A stretch of DNA of 64,000 nt from contig NC_068993.1 in the NCBI RefSeq assembly GCF_001194135.2, positions 4,968,459 to 5,032,458 of the forward strand, in the 5' to 3' direction. This document shows, in pieces, positions 51,112-63,420 of this stretch; positions within the stretch are counted from its first letter, which is position 1, and every line of letters begins with the position of its first letter. The stretch comes from Octopus bimaculoides (Eukaryota). The translations under genes and the position numbers were made by a program. The notes beneath the pieces were generated by a model, which saw nothing but the letters and a program-made list of their open reading frames with translations, was not told where the DNA came from and searched no databases.

Positions 51112-51210
51112 AGGCGTGTCTGCTTATAAGAAGTTTGCTTCCCAATGACATAATTCTGGGTTCAGTCCCACTGCGTGGCACCTTGGGCAAGTGTCTTCTA
51201 CTATAGCCAA
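51112..51210 (+). mobile_element. SINE family A head
   Basis: AGAAGTTTGCTTCCC..GGGTTCAGTCCCACTGCGTGGCACCTTGGGCAAGTGTCTTCTACTATAGCC. Confidence 0.8.
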
Positions 51211-51284
51211 GGTCTCACCACAACTACAATTTCATTTGGCTTGATGAGTTTTCTCAAGCACAGCGTATCGCTAAATATCTCGGT

Positions 51285-51378
51285 CGCTTGTCATCATCTT
51301 CGTGGGCCCAACTTTCAAAAGTCATGCTTCACCACCTCATCCCATGTCTTCCTGGGTCTACCTCTTACACAGGTTCCT
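51285..51378 (-). mobile_element. RTE LINE 3' fragment
   Basis: Shares ..TGCTTCACCAC.TCATCCCA.GTCTTCCTGGGTCTACCTCTT.CACAGGTT with 6325-6380 (GRGRPRKTWDEVVKHD). Confidence 0.75.
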
Positions 51379-51594
51379 TAATTCAGTATAATTTTAGATC
51401 AAGAAAATCCTTGAAGCTTGAGAGAGAGGAAGAGAGAGGGGGAAGGATTGAGAGAGAGAGGGGGAAGGATTGAGAGAGAGAGAGAGAAACAGACAGCAGA
51501 CAGGCAGAGAAAGTGAAGTAGAGAGAGTGAGACATAGAGGCAGACAAATAGGGAAACAGAGAGAATGGGAGGGGGAGAGAGAGAGAGAGAGAGA

Positions 51595-51730
51595 GAGAGA
51601 AAAGAAGAGAGAGAGAGAAAAGAAGAGAGAGAGAGAAAAGAAGAGAGAGAGAGAAAAGAAGAGAGAGAGAGAAAAGAAGAGAGAGAGAGAAAAGAAGAGA
51701 GAGAGAGAAAAGAAGAGAGAGAGAGAAAAT
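51595..51730. repeat. 18-bp purine minisatellite (GAGAGAGAGAGAAAAGAA, about 7 copies) within a GA tract
   Basis: Directly visible; gives a (REREKK)n pseudo-ORF. Confidence 0.9.
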
Positions 51731-52261
51731 AAGAGAGACACGAACAGGAAGAAGACAGAGAAGGAGGGACAAGTAGAGAAAGTGAAAGAGAGAAATAGAC
51801 AAAAACAAATAAAAAGAGAAAGAAAGAAAGAGACAGACACATACACACACACACACACATGGAGTGAGTAAAAGAGAAAAAAAGAAAGAGAGACAGAGAG
51901 ATGGAAAGAGAGAATGAGAGAATATTTAAGTGTGAAGAGTAGGGCTTGATGCATGTCTATGGAAAGTAATGAAGCTGAGAAGGGAGGAGAAACAAGATAA
52001 AGCGAGGCTCTATCTTTATATGTCCAATGGTAACACCAATGGCTGACTAGCTGGGAATTATCATAGCTTGCAGGCTTCAATATGAAACCTTTCTTTCCCA
52101 GTCTGTGTGTTAGTCTCCTGGGAAAACCTTCCCTTCACCTTTATTGTCTTGCCAGGACTGCAGTGGCTACCCTTAATCCCCATCACCAATGCCATAACCT
52201 TACTTTGGCATTCCCCTTTTGTTTTTCCATGACTATTCTTCTTCTTCTCCTTCTTCTTCTT

Positions 52262-52336
<75 letters not shown>

Positions 52337-52563
52337 GCAGTGAGCTGGCAGAATCGTTAGCATGCCGNNNNNNNNNNNNNNNNNNNNNNNNNNNNNNNNN
52401 NNNNNNNNNNNNNNNNNNNNNNNNNNNNNNNNNNNNNNNNNNNNNNNNNNNNNNNNNNNNNNNNNNNNNNNNNNNNNNNNNNNNNNNNNNNNNNNNNNNN
52501 NGTTCATATAATCAACTAGCCCTCTTCCCAACAAATTTTCAAGGCCTTGTGTCAAGAGTAGAA

Positions 52564-52619
<56 letters not shown>

Positions 52620-52622
52620 CAT

Positions 52623-52901
52623 TGCTTTTGCACAGCTTCTAATGCTAGAGATGTACTATGGTGAGAGCTGTTCACTACCAGCGAACTAAAGTAACACCCC
52701 TTATTTTCCAGGCACCATACGGAGTATTCCAAATGGTGCTGTTTTCTGCAAGTGCTCCACCCTTATTGCAGTCCCTATTTGTTCCACATACTTCCCAAGA
52801 TTTTTGCTCACTGTTCCCAGGGCTCCGACAATTATTGGTACTACTGCTACCTTTTTCATCAACCACAACCGCTTAACTTCCCAAGCTAACCTGTCATATC
52901 T
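52623..52901 (-). mobile_element. R4/Dong-clade LINE, 5'-truncated 3' end inserted in (TAA)n
   Basis: RYDRLAWEVKRLWLMKKVAVVPIIVGALGTVSKNLGKYVEQIG..LQKTA then a 3' UTR; (TAA)n on both sides. Overlaps in sequence with the 20765-20940 copy. Confidence 0.8.
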
Positions 52902-52902
52902 C

Positions 52903-52938
<36 letters not shown>

Positions 52939-53022
52939 TACATTGCTTTGCTTTATGTAGCAGGTATAGATTTATATATACCAGTTAGTAACAGTTGCTG
53001 TCTAGTAAACACTCACACCACA

Positions 53023-53065
<43 letters not shown>

Positions 53066-53932
53066 ATGTATGTATACATAGATGGATATACATGATTATG
53101 CCAAGTGAAAACCCAATTATTAGTAGAAGATATACAACAGACATATGTTATTTTATGCAGATTAAGATGGTGGTTACTGCTACAATGATTATCAAGGCTT
53201 CTCAGACAGAGAAAAAAAAAGAAACAGGGGGAAAAAACAAAAGAAAAACAAACATGACCAGTTCCTCCCAGTGGAATGATTACGTAATACGTTATACAGA
53301 AAAAAGATGTTAATTATTTCAGTAGAGGAAATATATACTACACTTGTGTGTATAGAATTTTGGAAGTTAAAATGTGATAGATGAATCGAATTGATGTGTG
53401 TGTATGTGTGTGTGTGTGCACATTTGAATAGACAAGAGAGAAAAGTGCTCAATAACTCTGGTAGATTTTACTGTGTCTGGGGAAAGTCATTCTCTTTTAT
53501 TGTCTTATTATATAACACACTCACTGGTTCGATTTCCACTCATTTATTTTTCTTTTTTTCTTATGAGAATACATACATAAAACATACATACAAATCTGCA
53601 CATGCATACATGCACACATACATACATACATACATACATACATGCAAAAATACTCTGTTGTTGATGAAGTTCTACTGAAGGAGCCTTGGAACTAGGTTAG
53701 AAACCAGTTCTTTCTCTATTTGCAAGAAACCTTGAAATAAACTGAATAATATACATACATATGTGTGTGTGTGTGTGTGTGCATGTATATATATGTATAT
53801 ATATATATACATATATACATGCATATATATACTCATATATATATATATATATATATGTATGTACACATGAATGTATTTATATTTGCGTATGTAAATCTAT
53901 ATGTGTGTGTGTATTTGTGAGGTGTGTATGTG

Positions 53933-53964
<32 letters not shown>

Positions 53965-54403
53965 ATGTCAATGCACGCATAACTTTAACCATATACACAT
54001 ACATATGCACCCAAGAATTTTGAAAAACAGGAAATGTTTATGATTTCCTTAAATTAGTGTAGAATCTTGTACGAATGTAAACCATTTTTGAAATCAAATG
54101 AACGGCAGACAGGATATAAGAAATAAATATTTTCTATCTGGGTGGAAACGTACATCTTGCACATGAACATAGCAGTTCCTGTCTTCTGTTACATTTCAGA
54201 TTTTAGCTGAAGTTTCACTGCCCCAACTTCCTCCAAGACTGGTAAGCATGTTGCGGTTGATACTCGGTTTGAAGCTCTGCACTGCAGACTGATGATGGCT
54301 GTTTGGAAAATATGGAGCCGAAATAAATTTACGATGGTTAAATTATTTTGAAGAACAAGAGGAATTAAAAATGTTATCATTCAGCGAAGGATTTAATTGG
54401 AAT

Positions 54404-54588
54404 TACCGTATTTTAATGCTTATAGGAAAACCTCGTGTATAAGGAACCCCTTAATTTGGGGGTTTCAAAATTTAGAAAAAAAGGTTTTGTAGGGAATTAT
54501 AATACTATCCCTGTATAAGAAACTCCCATATCTTTTAAACCTAATTTTTGACAAAACTGGGTACCTTATACACGTCAAAATACAAGTA
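54404..54588. mobile_element. pogo/Tigger-type MITE
   Basis: Ends TACCGTATTTTAATGCTTATAGG.. and ..CCTTATACACGTCAAAATACAAGTA are imperfect TIRs of the TACCGTATTTT..TATAAG type. Confidence 0.6.
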
Positions 54589-54934
54589 ATCACAATTCAT
54601 TGATACACGTCACAAATTATATATTAGTACTAATATAACTGTCTGGTTTCCATACAGAACGTGTTCCTGGATATTGCAACTAAACCTACTTTTAAGTTGT
54701 CAAGCTACTCCTTGAATCTGTGTATCTTTAAAGTCATCTTTGCATAGAAGTAACTGCAAAGGTTATGCTTGCTGAAATGGTCCAGTAATCCAGAAAGACA
54801 TCAAGAGCTGTTGTCGAACTGTCGGCATCATACTCAATCACCCATGCATTATTCACATTCTATTTCTAAATGATTTAAATTACTATATTTTCCATCTCAT
54901 GAATCATAGATCATATACCATAAATACCAAAGTA

Positions 54935-55093
54935 TCTTACTCCCAAAATTTCTCAACCATGTGTCTTGGGCTCACTCCTCTGTGCAGCACCTTGGACAAG
55001 TCCCAGACCAACCAAAGCCTTGTGAGTGGATTTTGTAGACAGAGACTGAAAGAACTCCATCGTATATATATATATATTCGCGTGCGCACATGT

Positions 55094-55182
<89 letters not shown>

Positions 55183-55360
55183 CGTGCGTTTACTTTCCAC
55201 CACTGCATGAATCCGGTATTGATTTCTTTATGCTCCTGTAACTTGACAGTTCAGCAAAAAGGAAAAAGATCGATAGAATAAATACCAGAATCGATTTCTT
55301 TGACTGAAACACGTCAAGGTGGTGCCCCAGCATGGCCGCAATTTCAAGACTGAAATAAGT
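54935..55360 (+). mobile_element. SINE family A with long internal (TG)n
   Basis: Head, (TG)n at 55090-55180, and tail GGTGCCCCAGCATGGCCGC. Confidence 0.8.
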
Positions 55361-55399
55361 TACTGAGAGAAGAAAATTATAATAGATAACATATCTAAT

Positions 55400-55766
55400 T
55401 TAGGACAAATTAGTTGTGCATAAGTTCGGTTCCCTACTGTCGACATGATCTCTGCAAATTATTGTCCACAGAACTTGTCTACTCTACGACTTCCGATGCA
55501 GACGCCTAAACAGAATTGGTCGGTTCCAGATCGTCACAAAGATCTTTGCTGTATAATGTAGAGATTATTGATAGGTTGTGACCTTACTTTCTCCAACTAA
55601 AGTTTGGACGCTGCATTCGTCAGTCTCGCTTCCCTTTGATGGACGAGAACCGGAACACCTTTAGCATTGGTTTTCGTTTAAAGATTGGCGAGAACGGAAG
55701 TTTTGTAAATTCAGGAAACTCAGACGAGGAACGAAGTATTACAAATAGTTTTGAATAAGTAATGGA

Positions 55767-55809
<43 letters not shown>

Positions 55810-55843
55810 CATGTATGTATGTGCGTGTATTTTCGTGCATGTA

Positions 55844-55930
<87 letters not shown>

Positions 55931-55949
55931 ATGTGTGTATTTTCGTGTG

Positions 55950-56008
<59 letters not shown>

Positions 56009-58409
56009 CTGAAATATTCAACAGGACGTATTTAACATTTTTGTGTAGCTATGGGTGTAGTATGTGTACACACAAGTATGTATATATATATATATATGTG
56101 CGTCTATGGGGATGTATGCATGCGTACACACGCTTATATATGTGTATGTAGAAGCAATTATGCGAATCCCATATTTGCCTCTTTATCTGTCCAACTTAAT
56201 CCCTTTTATACCCACTTTTTACCCCGTGGAATCGATCCCCTATAAAGACTTTGGGGTCTACATTTGAATCTTTTTGAGCATTAGTAAGTGTTTTCTATGT
56301 TATATCACACGTTCGATGTACGATATAACGGAATAATAATAATAATAATGTCCTCGCAAATCGTTCTACTCATGATACTGTAAGAACCCTCGACAATACG
56401 CAACACTCGGCTTTTACACTGCGCAAATGACTCTTTGCATATGTCCATTTATATTGTGACACAGTCCATTAGGAGTCAACCAATAGGGGTGTTCTACTTC
56501 TGCCAGACTCTTTCTTTACCTCACACATTATCATCTTTGTGAAGACTGCACACCCCTTCCTCCGTCGCCCAAGTAGCTATAATGTTATGACTCCTTGCGT
56601 TTGTGATAAGTGCATACCCTAGGTTTCCATGACTATGTATCTATAACTTCAAGGCTTTCCCGATTGTGAGAATTTTGTTTCTTTATGATAAAAAGATATT
56701 TGCGTATTTTCATTCTCGCTTTCTTAAATGTTATTTTCTATTGCTTTTATTCATGTTTTTCTTTATATTTGGTTGGTGGCAGCCCGCTTTGTGGGCTCAG
56801 CTGCCTGGTTGCCGTGCTGTTTAGCATATTCAACAATTTCAAGCTTGTAGCTAATGTATTTGATTTCTCAGCTTAATTGCTATTGTGTAGTGCCACAAAG
56901 GAGTATTGTCAGCAGAATAACAAAACTGACAGGTAACAGATGGTGGGTGACTACTTCGATGGTACTTCTTCCCCTCTACAAACGGCGTGTGAGGTAATCA
57001 TTATTGTTGACTCACCTTAAGCCAAACAATAGAAATATTATTCTGATACTGATAGTGATAAACACTTGTAACCTTCTCACTAGGCACTAGTAATACATTA
57101 CAAACCAAATAAATATGGTACCTAAAGCCCTGGAATATCTTTTAAAAATGTGAATTTATGTGACAAAACAAGCCATTTAATGAAGATGAGATAGCTTCAA
57201 AAATTCAGTTTCTATTCTGAGTTTTTAGTGGTGCGATGCATCGAGATTATTCACACGAAGAGTACTTGATAGCTGTCTTATGATCCTAAAAATAATATAA
57301 TAATTAAATCTCAGAGTTGCACTCCTTAATTTTCCTACCTGAGTTTATTTACTTATTTTGTTTTTTACTCTAGGCTCAAGGCACGAAATTTTGGGGGAGG
57401 GGGGGGGCAGTCGATTAGATCGACCCCAGTACGCAACTAGTACTTAATTTATCGACCCCGAAAGGATGAAATCATAAGTTAATGATTCTTTCCCTTCGTT
57501 ATGTACGTATCGTAAATTCATTCAGTTTTATTTGCTCACTTCACTAGAAGTAAATATTAGTTCCAACATTACATTTTTGTTTTTCCTTAGTTCTTATTCA
57601 GCATACATATATATACATGCATATGTGTGTGTGTGCTGAATAAAAATGAAACAACAAAGCCAAGGCAGTGTGAAATTTCTAGGACATTTATAAAGTGAGG
57701 GGTATATATTTATATACACATGATCAATAATTACATAAGTAGTTATATATATATGTGTGTGACTATATACATTCACACTCAGGCATTCTATAGTTAATAT
57801 ACATTTACAAACAAACACGAATAAAAGTTTTAGCGAAAAACTAATCGCTCTCACATACATACATATAAATATAATTGTATTCATATAAAATTTAAATGAA
57901 GTCATAACACATGCATATATTTACATAAATTACAAATACATGCACGCATAGCCACGTGCATAAATAATTATATGCAAAAGATATATGTACGCTGATATAC
58001 ATATGTATACACACACACATACATATATATATGTATAAACATATACATACATATATACATATATGTGTGTGTGAATGTGTAATGGGGCCCTGTGATGAAC
58101 GGCGACTTGAAGAACAAATACAAAAACAATGAAAGCCAAATGGACGGACTCAGTGAATATATTTGTCTGACGGGCGTCAAAATAATATTTCACTCTGGAC
58201 GTCCATTTGACCTTTGTTGTGTTTGTTTCTGGTTTTTCTTCTTGAAGTTGCTGTTCGTTACCGCTTCGCCTATTGTCGCACGTCCGTGCGGACCTTCCAC
58301 GTTCCTCCGACGATGGTCTGGAGAACTAGATTCACGGATCGTCTTTGCACTTACTCGGATTATGTTACACTTTCGAATTCCCTCGTAGAATTTCCATTTT
58401 TTACCTTTG

Positions 58410-58443
<34 letters not shown>

Positions 58444-58510
58444 CACGTATGTAAGTATGTATGTATGTATGGATGGAGGGAGAGAGGGATGAATGAATGT
58501 ATGAACGGAT

Positions 58511-58567
<57 letters not shown>

Positions 58568-58607
58568 GATGCATATATAAATAGATGTGTATGTATATAT
58601 CTTTACA

Positions 58608-58643
<36 letters not shown>

Positions 58644-59600
58644 CACTTGTGTACGCTCGAACGTACACATGTATACACATTCAGAAACGGATGTTAGAAC
58701 GCTATCACATATGGCTTATGTTCCTCGCCACTACTAGAACGGGAACATGTCAGTATATATATACGGCCGTGTAGGATTGCAGCTTCGTGAGGACAATGTC
58801 TGGAAGAATCTACTTGTTATCTTAATGTAAATTTATAAAGATGCAGAGATACATATGGGAATTGCAGGCAAATAACTAAGCACAAATTTGTGCATGCGTG
58901 CTTGGAAAGTAACGAACACGAGCACGTGCAAATATTCGCATACATAAAAACATAAATATGTGTATACGTTTAGGCACATAGTTATGTGTGAGCACAAGCA
59001 TAAATTACGAATGAAAAGAGTGTTAATATAACATAAAATAAAAACAGAAATGCACATGTACATGTATAACGATTATAGAAAAGAATAAAATATGTCAAAA
59101 TATAAAACAGCCGTGATACAGGTGAAACAAAAGGGAATAACGTTAAGGTGAATTACAATTGTACTGATAATTTTTTAAATCTTTGTTGGCTAGAAATAGG
59201 GAAAAAATTATCATACACAAACACAGGATTCATCCCTATACTGCAATTGCCTCACTGACAACACCTGTCCACTTCACAGTAGATTTCAACAGAACAACGC
59301 TGCATACTGAGCTCAGGTCTCAACCAGTGACAACACTAAGTATGCTATACGTCTTACAGAGGATTCTTTGAAATTTAGATATGGTCCGCATAAATTTTCG
59401 TTCGGACAAAAGTTACACCACTGTTTCCATTTGAACCTTCCGTTCCTGAAGGGTTGTAATTTATCTATAATTGAACAGAAATTTTTTAATTTGTGAGAAC
59501 TTGCTTCAAATAAGAATCATATAAATTTCGATGTAACCATGGCTCATTATTATCAAGTCTGACAAACGAATGTTCGTGCTTAAAAAATCGATTTTTAAAT
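55400..59600. promoter_or_regulatory. CpG-enriched non-repetitive patches; possible promoter or first-exon region
   Basis: CpG is visibly frequent at 55440-55740, 56340-56420, 58090-58390 and 58640-58800 against a CpG-poor background. Minus-strand donor-like sites AAA|gtaagg (55588/55587) and CGA|gtaagt (about 58355). Confidence 0.3.
57355..57475 (-). mobile_element. SINE family B, 3' half
   Basis: ACTCTAGGCTCAAGGCACGAAATTTTGGGGG..GTCGATTAGATCGACCCCAGTACGC..CGAAAGGATGAAA. Confidence 0.85.
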
Positions 59601-60639
59601 ATCACTTCAGTTAACTTAATATTTACTCTAGTTTCATCTCATTTGGTTGTTTCTACTTTAGCATTGTATACTATCGACTTAGCCAAACATTGAACATCCA
59701 GTGGGCAATTTTTACAAAATCTGAAGTTGCATAATTGGTGTTGGTCAGCTGTTGGTCTATTTGTTTTCATTCAGCTATGCAGCATTATAACCCTCTAACA
59801 TAACAAGCGAATTTGTTACCAGCTGAATAACTAAGCTTAACACATTTTCTATTTAATATCTTACTACACCTATGCTCCAGTGGAGAATGCTAATTAACCA
59901 AATAAAGGAATTCCCGAGTTGCATTAGTTCTTATTACTATATTAAATACTGGTTTGTATCATAAAATATTCCTCTTCCCATGAGAATTCCTTTCTCTGCA
60001 ACTGATATGCAAAAAGAAAATAAAACTGGGAATTGAGTTTCTGGTTTAGATAATTAGTTCACTCATAACGTGGTTTGGTTATATTTAAATGTATTTCAGT
60101 CTTTCTGATTTACAGTGCCGTGTATAATTTTTTTATTAATGATGAGCCATCTGAAGCACATGTAAGTAAATTATACTATCCACTAATGTGCTCGTTTGAT
60201 TTATGACTGCATTATATAGTAGCTGAAATGCTCTATTGACTGGGAAAGGAAACTGGGTACTTTTTTGTTGGAGCAGACAACAAATAATAAAACTCCCTAT
60301 CTATTTTTTCTGTACATCAATACTTCGTAAAAAAAGAATGTATTTACATTTTTAGTTCACTCACAGTAAGGCTTTGTAATATATACATGAATTAAAATCT
60401 GAGCTTTGACCTCATGAAGCACTTTTGTGAATACTGGTTTTAAATTGTATATAAATAGGTGGTTTGTTTCAGGAGAAAGCTATCTATACAAGCTGAAATT
60501 GTTTGGTCAAGTATATTGCTAGCAGAGTATGTAGATATTAAAACAAAAGGCAGGTGTTTATGGCAGTATTTTAATAAAAATTGAAAATAATTCCATAAAT
60601 TCTCGTCTTTGTTTTAATATATACGAATGTAAAAGTAAA

Positions 60640-60882
60640 GTAAAATTCCTTTGCAAGTCAAATAGACTCACAGGGCTGGTTTCCCTGTTGCCATGGTGTA
60701 TATATACTCCACGCCTGGATGGGGCACCAGTCCATAGCAGGGTTAACATTTTTGCCTGCTGAGTGGACTGGAACAACATGAACTTAAGTGTTTTGCTCAA
60801 GAACACAATGTATTGCTCGGTCCAGGAATTGAAACCACAATCATAGGATCATGAACCCAACACCCAAATCACTAAGCCATAT
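60640..60882 (-). mobile_element. SINE family D
   Basis: CCAGTCCATAGCAGGG..GCTGAGTGGACTGGAAC..TTGCTCAAGAACACAATG..GGAATTGAAACCAC..CACTAAGCC. Confidence 0.8.
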
Positions 60883-60890
60883 GCTTACAC

Positions 60891-60932
<42 letters not shown>

Positions 60933-61895
60933 ACACCCACAACATCCATTTGTCTTTATATATATATATATATATATATATANNNNNNNNNNNNNNNNNN
61001 NNNNNNNNNNNNNNNNNNNNNNNNNNNNNNNNNNNNNNNNNNNNNNNNNNNNNNNNNNNNNNNNNNNNNNNNNNNNNNNNNNNNNNNNNNNNNNNNNNNN
61101 NNNNNNNNNNNNNNNNNNNNNNNNNNNNNNNNNNNNNNNNNNNNNNNNNNNNNNNNNNNNNNNNNNNNNNNNNNNNNNNNNNNNNNNNNNNNNNNNNNNN
61201 NNNNNNNNNNNNNNNNNNNNNNNNNNNNNNNNNNNNNNNNNNNNNNNNNNNNNNNNNNNNNNNNNNNNNNNNNNNNNNNNNNNNNNNNNNNNNNTATATA
61301 TATATATATACATATATACATACATATATAATACATATATATATATAGGTTACACACTTATATAAATGTAATGCATTTATATATATATAGATGTGTGTGT
61401 ATATGTATATAAAGTGATCCACTTGTATATTGAACACACACACACACACATATTTGTATACAGAAAGAGAAAGAGAATTTCCTATAACACATCTCCATTG
61501 AACATGTGTACACACACATACACACACACATACACACACACAGACACATTGAAATGATCAATAATTATGCTTAATAATTAATTTACATTTTGTGGTGTTT
61601 GTATCGGGGAGGAGCAGAAAATGTGATGCATTTGTATATCATGTTAAAATCTCATCCTACCCATCTCTCTTTCCCCTATTCTTCTCTCTCACTCTCTCTG
61701 TCTCTCTCTCTCACTCTGTCTCTCTCACTCCCTCTCTCTCTCTCACTCTCTCTCTCTATCTATCTATCTGTTTATTTATCTCTCTGTCTATTTATCTATC
61801 TATCTAATTCCCTCTTTCTGTCTGCTTGTGTATATTTGCAATTCCCAATGCAAGAACTGTTCGACTACGTCCCCTAGTTTACAGACTTTCCCTCC

Positions 61896-61941
<46 letters not shown>

Positions 61942-62109
61942 TCTCTCCTCTCTCAATTTTCGGCGTCCCCCAGCAAGTACAATGATAATAATGTTGATGA
62001 CAAACAATAACAGTTTCTTCCCCCACCTCCCTGGAGAGCTTCTACCCCCTCCTCCAAACACTTTATGCACATTCTCTGCCCCCCTCCCCTCAACTAATTT
62101 CTATTAACC

Positions 62110-62680
62110 ACTTTGACTCCATGCAGTTGGTCAGCATGCTAGAAATAACAGCTAAATCTCCCTGAAATTACACAGTGAAATTCTTAAAAAAAAGTGGGAG
62201 ATAAAAATATAGAACTGGATTCCTCTGATGAGATGGTCGTGGTTGGAATGCCTTTGATCATATGTCACCTCAATCAGGGATGACCTAGGGTTAAACAACA
62301 GTCATTAATAAATATCATCTGAACCTATAGGAGAGCCTGCTAGAAATAACAGCCAAATCTCTCCCAGCTTAGAAAAGGACACATTGTATAATTACACAAA
62401 GGAAAGAGGCAGGATGATCATGGATGGGATGGTCTATTTAAGTAGGGCTGACCTTGGGCTAAACAACAGACGAACCTACAAGAGAACTTCTATATGGCCA
62501 TTCGACCTGTTAGAAATAGCAGCTAAATATCCCTCAAATCACACCTCAACCAGCTTAGAGCTTTACACATTGTATAATGTGGGCCTAGGCACCCTGCACA
62601 CATAAAAGAGTCAGGATGGTCATGGATGGTATATCTTTGAATATAAGTCTACATGATCACTGCTGGCCCAGGGCTAAACA
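62110..62680 (+). repeat. Three tandem diverged copies of a 170-200-bp repeat (family E)
   Basis: Units start TG(C/T)TAGAAATA at 62137, 62338 and 62508 and end GGG(T/C)TAAACA. Confidence 0.75.
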
Positions 62681-62944
62681 TCTTCATCATCCATCATTAT
62701 TAGGTCTCCTCTACCTTTTCCCCCCCTCTGTTTCTTTCCTCACCTTCTCTCATATTCTGTATCTCTCATACTCTCCCCCTCCTCTTTCTCTCCCTCTCCC
62801 TCTCTCCCTTTCTCTCTCTCTTTCTTTCTTTATGTTTCTCTCACCCCCCTAACTTATTTCTCTTCTAACATTGACCCCTTTCAGCAATTTTTCTCCCCAT
62901 TTTCTCCCACTATTCTTGTTTTTTCTTGTTTATTTTCGTTATCA

Positions 62945-63420
62945 TTCTCTTCTTCTTCTTCTTCTTCTTCTTCTTCTTCTTCTTCTTCTTNNNNNNNNNN
63001 CTTCTTCTTCTTCTTCTTCTTCTTCTTCTTCTTCTTCTTCCTCTCCTCATCCTCCTCTCTTTATTACAGTCACTGCCTCATATCGCCATCACCACCATCA
63101 TCATCATCATCTCACTTTCTGCAACCACCAGCACCATCACCACCACCACCCTCACCACCACTACCACCACCACCACTACCTCCACCATCATCTCCACCAC
63201 CACCACCTCCTCATCGTCTCTCCTCTCTCCCACCTTCCCACTAATGCTCCTCCTACCTTCTACCCCCCACCCATCTCCCAATCAGCAGTGCTATTGTCAG
63301 CAGCCATGATAGTGGTAGTGGTGACAGTGGTGGTGGTGGTGGTGGCGGTGATAGAGTGGGGAGAGGCAGTTGTTGCAGTTGTTTCAGTGTTGTTGTTGTT
63401 GCTATTGTTGTTGTTGTCCA
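62945..63420. repeat. (CTT)n, (CAC)n/(CAT)n, (GTG)n/(GTT)n compound tract
   Basis: Directly visible. Confidence 0.9.

Noticed and set aside
51394-52080. 228-aa Leu/Ser/Phe-rich 'membrane' ORF and the opposite-strand (REREKK)n ORF
   Set aside because: Translations of a GA minisatellite.
193-60882. tRNA-like A/B boxes in many places
   Set aside because: These are SINE heads followed by family bodies, with no complete cloverleaf, so they are not tRNA genes.
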